Shown here piece by piece: positions 38,476 through 47,060 of a DNA stretch of 64,000 nt. Numbering within the stretch: the stretch's first letter is position 1; each line of letters opens with the position of its first letter. The stretch lies in NCBI GenBank assembly GCA_018400015.1, contig JAGYNB010000004.1, forward strand, positions 7,186 through 71,185, written 5' to 3'. The position numbers and the translations under genes are program-made. Source of the DNA: Candidatus Omnitrophota bacterium (GTDB lineage: Bacteria > Omnitrophota > Gorgyraeia > Gygaellales > Gygaellaceae). Under the pieces are notes generated by a model. It did not search any database. It worked only from the letters and a program-made list of their open reading frames with translations, and was not told the origin of the DNA.

Positions 38476-39449
38476 TGATAAGCTTAGGAATAGAGACATC
38501 TTGCGACGAAACATCGGTTTCTTTGGTAAAAGACCATTACAAGGTTCTAGTAAATGAAGTTGTTTCCAGTATTGATTTTCATTGTAAGTACGGCGGTGTA
38601 ATACCTGAAATAGCCTCGCGCATTCATTTAGAAACAATAAATGAAGTCACTAGGTCAGTTTTTAAGAAAACTGCACTCAGTCTAAATGATGTATCCTTGA
38701 TTACGGTTACTGAGTCTCCCGGATTGTTAGGGTCTTTGTTGGTTGGTTTATCCTTCGCAAAAGGTTTGGCTTTGTCTAGTGAGAAACCGTTGATAGGTGT
38801 TAATCATGTTAACGCGCATCTATACCCGGTTTTTTTCCAGAAAGCAAAACCAAGGTTTCCTTTTATTGGGCTTGTTATTTCAGGCGGTCATACAAGTTTA
38901 TTTTTGGTAAAAGATTTCCATAACTTTAAGTTGGTCGGAAGGACCAGAGATGATGCTTGCGGAGAAGCGTTTGACAAGGTTGCAAAATTACTTGGATTAA
39001 AATATCCGGGAGGGCCTGAAATTGAACGCTTGGCAAAAACGGGAAATGCTGATAAAATAAAATTCAGCTTTCCTGGGTTAAAAGACAGTTTTGATTTTAG
39101 TTTTAGCGGGATAAAAACAGCGGTTTACTATTTAGTTAAAAATAAGAAAATATCAGTTAAGAATAAAAAAGATATATGTGCTTCTTTTCAGAAAGCCGTT
39201 ACTAGTATATTGATTGATAAGTCCATCGCAGCGCTTGATAAATATAAAGTGAGGAATTTTGTAATTGGTGGAGGGGTAAGTTTTAATAATTATATAAGGG
39301 ATACTTTTCGAAGTAGTTTTAAGAATAATAAAGTTAAATTATTTATTTCTGAAAAAAAGTATTGTTTGGATAATGCAGCTATGATTGCAGGTTTGGGAAG
39401 TCAATTATATAGGAGCAGGAAGAAAAGAAGCAGATTTTTAATAAATTGA
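38475..39449 (+). CDS. tsaD: tRNA N6-adenosine threonylcarbamoyltransferase TsaD
   Basis: ISLGIETSCDETSVSL, the ASKHA fold and metal-binding HVNAH. Confidence 0.9.
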   Translation: MISLGIETSCDETSVSLVKDHYKVLVNEVVSSIDFHCKYGGVIPEIASRIHLETINEVTRSVFKKTALSLNDVSLITVTESPGLLGSLLVGLSFAKGLALSSEKPLIGVNHVNAHLYPVFFQKAKPRFPFIGLVISGGHTSLFLVKDFHNFKLVGRTRDDACGEAFDKVAKLLGLKYPGGPEIERLAKTGNADKIKFSFPGLKDSFDFSFSGIKTAVYYLVKNKKISVKNKKDICASFQKAVTSILIDKSIAALDKYKVRNFVIGGGVSFNNYIRDTFRSSFKNNKVKLFISEKKYCLDNAAMIAGLGSQLYRSRKKRSRFLIN

Positions 39450-39456
39450 GTAGAAA

Positions 39457-39909
39457 ATGGATGATAAACAAATTATAACAAGATTAGTTTTAGCGCTGGT
39501 ATTAAGCGGTGCAATAGGCTTAGAGCGGGAAGTTAAGCGTAAGAATGCCGGTCTTCGTACGCATATCTTAGTGTGTTTAGGAAGTTGTCTTATGATGTTG
39601 ACATCTTTGTATATTTTTGATATATATATGATCCAGACAGAGTTTGACCCTATGCGTTTAGCTGCTGGAGTAATAACCGGTATAGGTTTTTTGGGTGCGG
39701 GAGCAATAATTCGTTATGGCGAGGCTGTAAGAGGATTGACGACTGCTGCTACGATATGGATTGTTGCAGGTGTAGGAATTGCTTTGGGTTGCGGTTTTTA
39801 TAAAGGTGCGCTTTATACAACAGGTTTGACATTGTTTGCGCTTTTTATTTTAAGCTGGTTAGAAAGAAGCGTAACAAAGGAGTGTAAAAATGGCAAGGAA
39901 ATTGGTTGA
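39457..39909 (+). CDS. mgtC: MgtC/SapB family membrane protein (short form)
   Basis: LALVLSGAIGLEREVKRKNAGLRTH plus four TM helices. Confidence 0.7.
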   Translation: MDDKQIITRLVLALVLSGAIGLEREVKRKNAGLRTHILVCLGSCLMMLTSLYIFDIYMIQTEFDPMRLAAGVITGIGFLGAGAIIRYGEAVRGLTTAATIWIVAGVGIALGCGFYKGALYTTGLTLFALFILSWLERSVTKECKNGKEIG

Positions 39910-40384
39910 AAAGATACTTGATGTAGATGCAAGTATGCAGGGAACACTTTCTTTTAAAGATCCTGTGAATCTTCGTATAAATGGAAAATTTGAAGGCAAT
40001 CTGGACACTAAAGGTAATCTTACAGTTGGTCCAAAGGCTGTAGTTAGTGCGCATATTGTCGGTGATAATATTTTTATTGCAGGTAAAGTGAAAGGTGATG
40101 TCTTGGCCAGGCAAAAACTAGTTTTACATTCGACAGCTGTTTTAGAAGGTAAAATCAGGGCAATGCGTTTGGTTATTGAAGAAGGCGCTAGATTCGAAGG
40201 TGAATCACAAATGCTGCATGATTTCTTTAGTTCAAAAGAATTAGCAGAGTATCTTGAAATAGATATGGATTCTGTCAGCGAGTGGGCAGCAAGCGGTAAG
40301 ATTCCCAGTGTAAAAGACGGCAATAATTGGAAATTCGAACGCAAAGCCATCGATGATTGGATTGCATCCGGTAAATTACATTAA
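39890..40384 (+). CDS. Bactofilin (polymer-forming cytoskeletal) domain fused to a C-terminal excisionase-type HTH (HTH_17) DNA-binding domain
   Basis: Residues ~20-105 are beta-helical bactofilin repeats (INGKFEGNLDTKGNLTVGPKAVVSAHIVGDNIFIAGKVKGDV...). Residues ~110-164 read ELAEYLEIDMDSVSEWAASGKIPSVKDGNNWKFERKAIDDWI, an excisionase/MerR-like HTH_17. Confidence 0.65.
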   Translation: MARKLVEKILDVDASMQGTLSFKDPVNLRINGKFEGNLDTKGNLTVGPKAVVSAHIVGDNIFIAGKVKGDVLARQKLVLHSTAVLEGKIRAMRLVIEEGARFEGESQMLHDFFSSKELAEYLEIDMDSVSEWAASGKIPSVKDGNNWKFERKAIDDWIASGKLH

Positions 40385-40397
40385 ACACTTTTAACAC

Positions 40398-40703
40398 ATG
40401 GGCGAAAAGCTACTTACAGTAAGGGAAGTTGCGCATATTTTAAAACTCAATGAAAAAGAAGTTATTGAGCTTGCCGAAAGCGGTGAAATACCTGCCTATA
40501 AGGTTGCAGGTTTGTACTTAAGGTTTAAGAAAGACCAAATCGAGCATATAAAAGAGCGTATTTTTACTAAAAGAGGTCTTCCGATGGAAGTAAGCATGTC
40601 TTTTTGGGAAAGGCTTAGCGATTTTTGGTATTTTAATGATTTTTATATACTTTCCACAATTCTTATTGTTCTCATGTTGTATTTTGTTTTTAATCCGCAA
40701 TAA
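40398..40703 (+). CDS. Excisionase-type HTH (HTH_17) protein with a C-terminal transmembrane anchor
   Basis: LLTVREVAHILKLNEKEVIELAESGEIPAYKV (HTH_17), then a C-terminal hydrophobic helix YILSTILIVLMLYFVF. Confidence 0.5.
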   Translation: MGEKLLTVREVAHILKLNEKEVIELAESGEIPAYKVAGLYLRFKKDQIEHIKERIFTKRGLPMEVSMSFWERLSDFWYFNDFYILSTILIVLMLYFVFNPQ

Positions 40704-40723
40704 TTTAAATTATTTCTTAAGTC

Positions 40724-42061
40724 ATGGCACTTTCTGGACTCGATATATATAAATTACTTCCTAAAACAAATTGTAAAAAATGCGGTTTTGCAACTTGTCT
40801 TGCATTTGCAATGCAGCTTGCCAAGAAAGCTTCGTCTGTTGAGAACTGCCCGTTTATTTCTCAGGAAGCAAAGGATAAAATTATTTCTGCTAGTCTTGCG
40901 CCGATTAAGTCAATTTCTTTAGAGAGTCGCTGCGGAGAATTAATTTTAGGCGGTGAAAAAGTTCTTTTTCGCCACGAAGAGAAATTTTTCAATCCTTGTG
41001 CAATTGGTATAATATTTGAAGATAGTCTTTCTGAAGCTAAGTTAATTGAAAAGATTTCTGATGTTAAGCGTCTTAGTTTTGAAAGGGTTGGTGAGATTCT
41101 TACGGTTGATGTCGTCGCTCTTAAATACTCAGGTATTGACGCGGGTAAATATATTGATAGTTTTAAGGCAATAATAAATAATTGTGATTTTGTAGTTGCT
41201 TTGATTTGCGATGATACTGATGTTATTAAAAAGGTAGTTGAAATCGCAAACGGCAGGGATTTGATTATTTATTGTTTCGGCAAGGAATTTGATATCGAGA
41301 AATTTTCTCATTTTGCCAGTAATAAAAATCTTTCTTTCGTTTTGGTTGCAGAAGATTTGGATAGTTTGAATATTTTAACCTTAAAATGCGAGCAGTTAAA
41401 GTTCAAGAATTTGTTAATTGATACTGGAGAAAAGAACTTATCCGATAAGTTATGGGATTTGACCCAGATCAGGAGATTATCTTTAAAAAAACATATTCGT
41501 TCTTTAGGCTATCCTGTATCATGTATCATTGAACAGACAAGTCCGGAAGCGATAATTAACAAAGCCTCTTGCTATATCTTAAAATACGCAAGTATGATCT
41601 TGGTGAAATCCGATGCGCCAGAAGTGATATTTCCGCTTTTAACCTTGAGGCAGAATATTTATAGCGATCCACAAAAACCACTTCAGGTAGAACCAAAGTC
41701 TTATGCTGTCGGACAGGTAGATAAAGATTCACCTGTTCTGGTCACAACTAATTTTTCCCTTTCTTACTTTACCGTTTTATCTGAGGTTGAGGCAAGCCGC
41801 GTTCCTTCTTATATCGTAAGCGTAGATACAGAAGGTATGTCTGTACTTACTGCCTGGGCAGCCGAGAAGCTTACTCCCGAGTCGATTACCAAGGCGCTCG
41901 AAAAAGATAATATTAAGGATAAAGTCGATCATAAAAAACTTGTTATTCCTGGATATGTTTCTGTTATGAGTGGCGATCTGCAAGAAAAAAGCGGTTGGCA
42001 GGTTACTGTAGGCCCGAAAGAAGCTTCAGGCATACCGAGTTTTCTTAAGAAATACAAATAA
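40724..42061 (+). CDS. acsC: Corrinoid iron-sulfur protein large subunit (acetyl-CoA decarbonylase/synthase gamma subunit, AcsC/CdhE)
   Basis: N-terminal 4Fe-4S motif KTNCKKCGFATCLAFAMQLA...CPF, a TIM-barrel and a corrinoid-binding C-terminal domain. Confidence 0.75.
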   Translation: MALSGLDIYKLLPKTNCKKCGFATCLAFAMQLAKKASSVENCPFISQEAKDKIISASLAPIKSISLESRCGELILGGEKVLFRHEEKFFNPCAIGIIFEDSLSEAKLIEKISDVKRLSFERVGEILTVDVVALKYSGIDAGKYIDSFKAIINNCDFVVALICDDTDVIKKVVEIANGRDLIIYCFGKEFDIEKFSHFASNKNLSFVLVAEDLDSLNILTLKCEQLKFKNLLIDTGEKNLSDKLWDLTQIRRLSLKKHIRSLGYPVSCIIEQTSPEAIINKASCYILKYASMILVKSDAPEVIFPLLTLRQNIYSDPQKPLQVEPKSYAVGQVDKDSPVLVTTNFSLSYFTVLSEVEASRVPSYIVSVDTEGMSVLTAWAAEKLTPESITKALEKDNIKDKVDHKKLVIPGYVSVMSGDLQEKSGWQVTVGPKEASGIPSFLKKYK

Positions 42062-42063
42062 TT

Positions 42064-43965
42064 ATGGATAAAGTAACGGTTAAATTCTTACCTGACAAGA
42101 AGGAAATAAGAGTTTCTCCTGGTGTCACTTTACTTTCCGCAGCATTAGACTGCGGTATTTTTTTAAATTCTCATTGTGCCGGCAATGGAACATGCGGTGG
42201 ATGTAAAGTGAATATAAAAAATGGTCATGTTAAGTCTCCATCTGGACATGATTTTATTGAACACGGGAAAAAACTTAAGACTGTTCTCGCCTGTCAGGCA
42301 ATTGTCGATTCTGATGTGGAAGTTGTGATTTTATCCGAATCAAGAATGCATAAGCTTGATAAGGCAATAATTCCAAAGAACAACAAACAAAGTTTTAATG
42401 TAGAAAATTTATTGTTAAAAAGAGAAAATGATTTTCAGTTCGATCAGCTTCCTTTAGTTGAAAAACTATATATAGAGCTATCGAAGCCGGATATTAATAA
42501 TAATACTGCTGATACAGACAGGCTTTTAAGTGAGTTAAAAAGGATAAAAAATGTAGATTTTATTGATATAGATATTTCAGAAGTGAAAATTATTTCTAGT
42601 CTTTTGAGAAGTTGCCAATGGAAAGTAACCGTAAGTTTATATAAAAAAGATAATTATTTAAAGGTTATTAATTTAGAGCCTTTTGATAAAAGAAATGAAA
42701 ACTATGGTATTGTTTTTGATATCGGGACAACTACAGTAAACGCCTCATTGGTTGATTTTAATGCATATCAAGTGATAACTACAAAATCAAATTATAATAA
42801 ACAGGTTCTTTTGGGAGAAGATATAATTACAAGGATAGTATTTTGCGAAAAGAACGCTGGTTTAAAGCAGATGAATCTTTATCTATTGGAAACTATGAAT
42901 GAGCTTATTAATAGCCTCTTGGGAGAATTAAAATTAAAACTTACAAGCATTAGCTGTTTATTGTGTGTGGGTAATCCTACAATGATGCATCTTTTTTTCA
43001 AAGTAGACCCAGTGTATATAAGAAAACAGCCCTATACGAGCGTTGCTAATGTTTTTCCCGTTGTCAAAGCGAATCAGACAGATTTGGGCGTCTCTCCGTT
43101 TACGATAGTTTGTTCTTTACCAGGAGTTTCTAGTTATGTTGGTTCAGATACAACCAGTGGAATTTTCTATAGCCAGCTATACAAACAAGAAAATCCCTGT
43201 CTTTTTATCGATATTGGGACAAATGGTGAAATTGCTTTAGGTAATAAAGATTGGCTTGTTTGCGCTGCTGCTTCTGCTGGACCTGCTTTTGAAGGAAGCG
43301 GTTTATCAAATGGCATGAGGGCAGCAGAAGGCGCTGTCGAAGATGTAATTATAGATGATGATTTAAATGTTAAAATTAAAACAATAGGTAATTCTTCCGC
43401 AGTAGGTATTTGCGGCACAGGGTATATCAGTCTTATAAATCAGATGCTTAAAAAGGGAATTATTGATAGAAGCGGTTCATTTAAAAACACTGAGAAAATT
43501 GTTAAACGCAACGAAAATAAGTATTTTGTTGTGGTTAAAGCGAATAAAACAAAAAACAAGAAAGATATTATAATTACTAGTTGTGATATTGATAATATCA
43601 AACGCTCAAAGGCAGCTATATATTCTGCTTGTTGTGTCCTTTTAAAAGAAATGCAGCTAAAGTTTGACCAGATAGATAAAGTGTTTATTGCTGGAGGTTT
43701 TGGCACAGCTTTAGATATTGATAGCGCTGTTAATATCGGACTTTTGCCTAATCTGGAGAATAAACAGTTTATTTTTTTAGGTAATGCTGCTTTAAAAGGG
43801 GCCAATATGGCATCTTTTTCTGAAACTGCAAGAAAGGAAATAGATTCAATTGCTTTAAAATTGACCTATTTTGATCTTTCTAGTAATTCGTTATATATGC
43901 AAGAGTACATGTCAGCTTTATTTTTTCCTCACACTGAGCTTTCCAGGTTTTCTTCAAGAGGATAA
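42064..43965 (+). CDS. Reductive activator of the corrinoid Fe-S protein (RACo-like: 2Fe-2S ferredoxin + ASKHA ATPase/DUF4445)
   Basis: N-terminal plant-type ferredoxin CAGNGTCGGCKV, then a ~500-aa ASKHA-fold ATPase domain. Confidence 0.7.
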   Translation: MDKVTVKFLPDKKEIRVSPGVTLLSAALDCGIFLNSHCAGNGTCGGCKVNIKNGHVKSPSGHDFIEHGKKLKTVLACQAIVDSDVEVVILSESRMHKLDKAIIPKNNKQSFNVENLLLKRENDFQFDQLPLVEKLYIELSKPDINNNTADTDRLLSELKRIKNVDFIDIDISEVKIISSLLRSCQWKVTVSLYKKDNYLKVINLEPFDKRNENYGIVFDIGTTTVNASLVDFNAYQVITTKSNYNKQVLLGEDIITRIVFCEKNAGLKQMNLYLLETMNELINSLLGELKLKLTSISCLLCVGNPTMMHLFFKVDPVYIRKQPYTSVANVFPVVKANQTDLGVSPFTIVCSLPGVSSYVGSDTTSGIFYSQLYKQENPCLFIDIGTNGEIALGNKDWLVCAAASAGPAFEGSGLSNGMRAAEGAVEDVIIDDDLNVKIKTIGNSSAVGICGTGYISLINQMLKKGIIDRSGSFKNTEKIVKRNENKYFVVVKANKTKNKKDIIITSCDIDNIKRSKAAIYSACCVLLKEMQLKFDQIDKVFIAGGFGTALDIDSAVNIGLLPNLENKQFIFLGNAALKGANMASFSETARKEIDSIALKLTYFDLSSNSLYMQEYMSALFFPHTELSRFSSRG

Positions 43966-44004
43966 ATACATCTTTATTAGGTAAATAAGCCAGGGTTAAA
44001 ATGC

Positions 44005-44033
44005 TTGATTAAATCAGCGTTATAAAGTATAAT
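44005..44033 (+). promoter_or_regulatory. Candidate strong sigma70 promoter upstream of acsD (-35 TTGATT, 17 nt, -10 TATAAT)
   Basis: Hexamers at 44005-44010 and 44028-44033, in the 104-nt gap before acsD. Confidence 0.4.
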
Positions 44034-44069
44034 ACTCCATTTGAAGAAGGTTTACTAATAATTTAGACT

Positions 44070-45020
44070 ATGGAATTAGAATATATTGAAAAAAGCTCAA
44101 ATAGTATTACCAGTGTTATATTAGGCACAGGAAGCACTTCTCTTAAGGTAGGTGGAGAAGATGCTTTGCCTTTTTTATACAGGGAAGGTAAAAATGTCAG
44201 TCTGCCTATTATTGCCCATGAGGTTTTTGATTCAGCACCCAGTGATTGGGCTAAAAGCTTAAAAGATGAATTTAAAAGTGTTATAAATAAGCCAATTGAA
44301 TGGGCCTTGTATTGTAAGAATGAGTTGAACGCAAAGCTTATATGTTTAAGGCTATCTAGCGCGCATCCTGATTTTGGCAATAATTCAGCTGATAAATTAG
44401 CTAAGCTTTGTAGGGATATTTATGCAAAAGTTAACCTTCCTATGGTTATAATAGGTTGCGGAGACGATAAGAAAGATAATCAAGTTTTGCCTGAATGTTC
44501 CAAAGCCTTAAAAGGAAAAAATTGTTATTTTGGTAATACTACAATAGATAACTATAAGACAATTGCCGCTTCTTGTATTGCCGATGGTAATGGAGTAATT
44601 GCGCATTCTCCGATAGATATTAATATTGCAAAACAGCTTAATATACTTATTAATGAAGTAGGTCTACCGTTAGATAAGGTTATTATCAATCCTACCGTAG
44701 GCGCGTTAGGATATGGTTTGGAATATGCTTATTCAATAATGGAAAGGGCGCGTCTTGCTGCTTTGATGGGGGACAAGATGTTGGCCTTGCCTTTTATCTG
44801 TTTTATCGCCCAGGAATCATGGAGGGCAAAAGAGTCGAAAGCAAGCGAAAAAGATAATCCGGATTGGGGAAAAGAGCTTGAACGAGGCATATATTGGGAA
44901 GCAGTAACTGCCAATTCATTTTTACATGCAGGAGCGGATATTTTGGTTATGCGTCATCCTAAGGCAGTGGAAATCGTAAGTAAAGCCATAAAAGAATTAA
45001 CAAATAAAGGAATCAAGTAA
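44070..45020 (+). CDS. acsD: Corrinoid iron-sulfur protein small subunit (AcsD/CdhD-like, TIM barrel)
   Basis: Right size (~316 aa) and position between acsC/RACo and acsE. The TIM-barrel-like sequence is pterin-binding-like. The match rests partly on context. Confidence 0.6.
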   Translation: MELEYIEKSSNSITSVILGTGSTSLKVGGEDALPFLYREGKNVSLPIIAHEVFDSAPSDWAKSLKDEFKSVINKPIEWALYCKNELNAKLICLRLSSAHPDFGNNSADKLAKLCRDIYAKVNLPMVIIGCGDDKKDNQVLPECSKALKGKNCYFGNTTIDNYKTIAASCIADGNGVIAHSPIDINIAKQLNILINEVGLPLDKVIINPTVGALGYGLEYAYSIMERARLAALMGDKMLALPFICFIAQESWRAKESKASEKDNPDWGKELERGIYWEAVTANSFLHAGADILVMRHPKAVEIVSKAIKELTNKGIK

Positions 45021-45797
45021 ATGTTTATAGTTGGTGAGTTGATTAATGGAATGTATAAACAAGTTGCTAAAGCCATTGCCGATAAGGATAAAGTTTTTAT
45101 TCAGGATTTGGCAAAGAAACAGGTTGAGGCAGGTTCTTTTGCTTTGGATTTAAACTGCGGCCCACAAAGTAAAGATCCTTTAAATGATATGATTTGGTTG
45201 GTTGAGACAATTCAAGAAGTAACCGATAAGATACTTTGTATCGATAGTACAAAGTACGAAGTTATAAAAAAGGCTGTTGAGATTGCAAAAAATAAAACTA
45301 TGATTAATTCTGCAAATGCCGAAGATGAGAAATTGGAGAATTTAGTGCCTTTAGCGCAAAAACACAATAGCGCTTTAATTGCTTTAGCTATGGATAAAAA
45401 AGGTATCCCCCAGAACAAGGAGCAAAGATTAGAGTTAGCTGCTAAGATAATCGGTTTTACACAAGAATCCGGTTTTGATATGCAGAATTTATTTTTAGAT
45501 CCTGTTCTTATGCCGATAAACGTTGCACAGGCACAGTTGGTAGAGATACTCGATACAATAAGAGATTTTAAGATTTTAACCGAACCAAGCCCTAAAACTA
45601 TTGTGGGTTTAAGCAATATTTCACAAGGTGCCAAAGCAAGAAGTATAATAAACAGAACCTTTGCTGTTATGGGTCTTTCTTACGGCTTAGATAGCGCAAT
45701 ATTAGATCCATTGGATAAAAAATTAATTGATGCCATTAAGGCAGCCGAATTGGTTTTGAATAAGAATATATATTGCGATTCTTTTCTTGGCGCTTAA
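45021..45797 (+). CDS. acsE: Methyltetrahydrofolate:corrinoid/iron-sulfur protein methyltransferase (AcsE, pterin-binding)
   Basis: Aligns along its length with Moorella AcsE as I recall it (IVGELINGM..., LDLNCGP, CIDST, MINSANAE, GLSNISQG..., INRTF, CDSF). Confidence 0.8.
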   Translation: MFIVGELINGMYKQVAKAIADKDKVFIQDLAKKQVEAGSFALDLNCGPQSKDPLNDMIWLVETIQEVTDKILCIDSTKYEVIKKAVEIAKNKTMINSANAEDEKLENLVPLAQKHNSALIALAMDKKGIPQNKEQRLELAAKIIGFTQESGFDMQNLFLDPVLMPINVAQAQLVEILDTIRDFKILTEPSPKTIVGLSNISQGAKARSIINRTFAVMGLSYGLDSAILDPLDKKLIDAIKAAELVLNKNIYCDSFLGA

Positions 45798-45818
45798 GAA
45801 AAAAAAGGAGAAAAAGTT

Positions 45819-46085
45819 ATGTCAGCGGGAGTCGGAGGAATTACAAAGAAGTTTTACCGTGAAACAAGAGGTTTAAAAGTTACTGGTAGTCAGAGTGTTA
45901 AAAAAAGCACTCTTTTGACCCGGCAGGGCAATAAGTGGCTTCCTGGTCTTAATGTAAGCGGCAAAGGCGGTTCTTTATATGCACTTTGCGATGGAGAAGT
46001 TTACTTCACCAGGAAAAGAGGCACTTATAGAAGGGCTAAAAGCTATACATACATAAATATTCGGCCGGTAAAGAAGAAAAATTAA
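45819..46085 (+). CDS. rpmA: Ribosomal protein L27-like (divergent N-terminus)
   Basis: The core KSTLLTRQGNKWLPGLNVSGKGGSLYALCDGEVYF aligns with L27's [37 protein letters not shown]. The N-terminal AHKK motif is absent and no rplU is adjacent. Confidence 0.5.
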   Translation: MSAGVGGITKKFYRETRGLKVTGSQSVKKSTLLTRQGNKWLPGLNVSGKGGSLYALCDGEVYFTRKRGTYRRAKSYTYINIRPVKKKN

Positions 46086-46115
46086 ATAAGCGTAGAGCAC
46101 CCTTTGTTTTAAAAC

Positions 46116-46592
46116 ATGATTAATGAACAAGTAAGAAAACTTCTTGAAGATAATTTATTTATAAACATCGCTACTTCTGATTCTGATAGAAGGCCGAATG
46201 TTGCTCCGAAGTTTTTGTTAAAAATCGATAAATGTCATATTTTTTTGGCTGATTATGTAATTAGCCGGACCTGGAGAAATTTAAAAGAAAATCCGCAAGT
46301 CTCCATGTCGATAGTTGACCACGAGAGTTTAGTAGGTTTTCAGCTTAACGGTAAGGCACAAATCGTAAAAGATAAAAAGCTGTATAGTGAATTGATGCAG
46401 GATTTGCAAAAAAGGCAGATAAGCCAATCAAGTAAACGTGTAGTAGAGGGTTTACATAGGGGCAAAAAGCATATTAACTTTGAAGTGGTATTTTCTGAAA
46501 AAACTGCTTTTTTCAAAATAGAAGTTAATGAAGTTGTTGAAATAAGCCCTACAGGCGAATTAAAGATCGACAAAACTTGTTCTAGTAATTAG
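46116..46592 (+). CDS. Pyridoxamine 5'-phosphate oxidase family (FMN-binding split barrel) protein
   Basis: LFINIATSDSDRRPNVAPKFLL at the N-terminus is typical of the PNPOx-like fold. Confidence 0.5.
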   Translation: MINEQVRKLLEDNLFINIATSDSDRRPNVAPKFLLKIDKCHIFLADYVISRTWRNLKENPQVSMSIVDHESLVGFQLNGKAQIVKDKKLYSELMQDLQKRQISQSSKRVVEGLHRGKKHINFEVVFSEKTAFFKIEVNEVVEISPTGELKIDKTCSSN

Positions 46593-46601
46593 ACAATGAT
46601 T

Positions 46602-46678
46602 GGCGGAGTAGCTCAGCCTGATAGAGCACACGGCTCATACCCGTTTGGTCGACGGTTTGAATCCGTCCTCCGCCACCA
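46602..46678 (+). tRNA. tRNA-Met (elongator-type, anticodon CAU), CCA encoded
   Basis: Cloverleaf with anticodon loop CTCATAC. It lacks the initiator features: a C1:A72 mismatch and three G-C pairs in the anticodon stem. Confidence 0.85.
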
Positions 46679-46694
46679 TAAAGAAGGAGGCAAT

Positions 46695-46892
46695 ATGTTG
46701 AACGAATTAAACAAAAAAGCAAGCAGGCTTAGTTATGTCGATATAAAGTTTCTTGAAGTTGCGCTTTTGACGTTAGGGGTTATTTTGACAAAATTGTTTC
46801 CGAAAGTTCTTGAAATAAGTTTTCCTGTTTTGATTGCTGCAGCAATACTCTTTTCTATAAAACCATTCTATAGTTTTTGGTTAAAAAAATAA
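46695..46892 (+). CDS. Small (65 aa) two-TM membrane protein, hypothetical
   Basis: Strong RBS AAGGAGG 7 nt upstream of the ATG at 46695. Two hydrophobic helices. The track ORF 46596-46892 begins inside the tRNA and is not credible upstream of this Met. Confidence 0.3.
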   Translation: MLNELNKKASRLSYVDIKFLEVALLTLGVILTKLFPKVLEISFPVLIAAAILFSIKPFYSFWLKK

Positions 46893-47060
46893 ACTGATTA
46901 TGAAAAAAATAAGAATAGAGATTTTAATAGTACTTTTTTTATTTACTTTTTTTAGTATTTTGGCTTTTTCAGCATACTCCTTTCCCAACAGAATTATTCA
47001 TGTTTATTCTGTTATTCAAAAGTGATTAAGTTTGTAATTTCTTTTTAATCGGGCCTTTTT

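Noticed and set aside
39890-40703. Possible prophage excision module, since two excisionase-family HTH domains are present.
   Set aside because: There is no integrase, no phage structural or replication gene, and no att-like repeat. A tRNA is not adjacent either. The HTH_17 fold also occurs in non-phage regulators.
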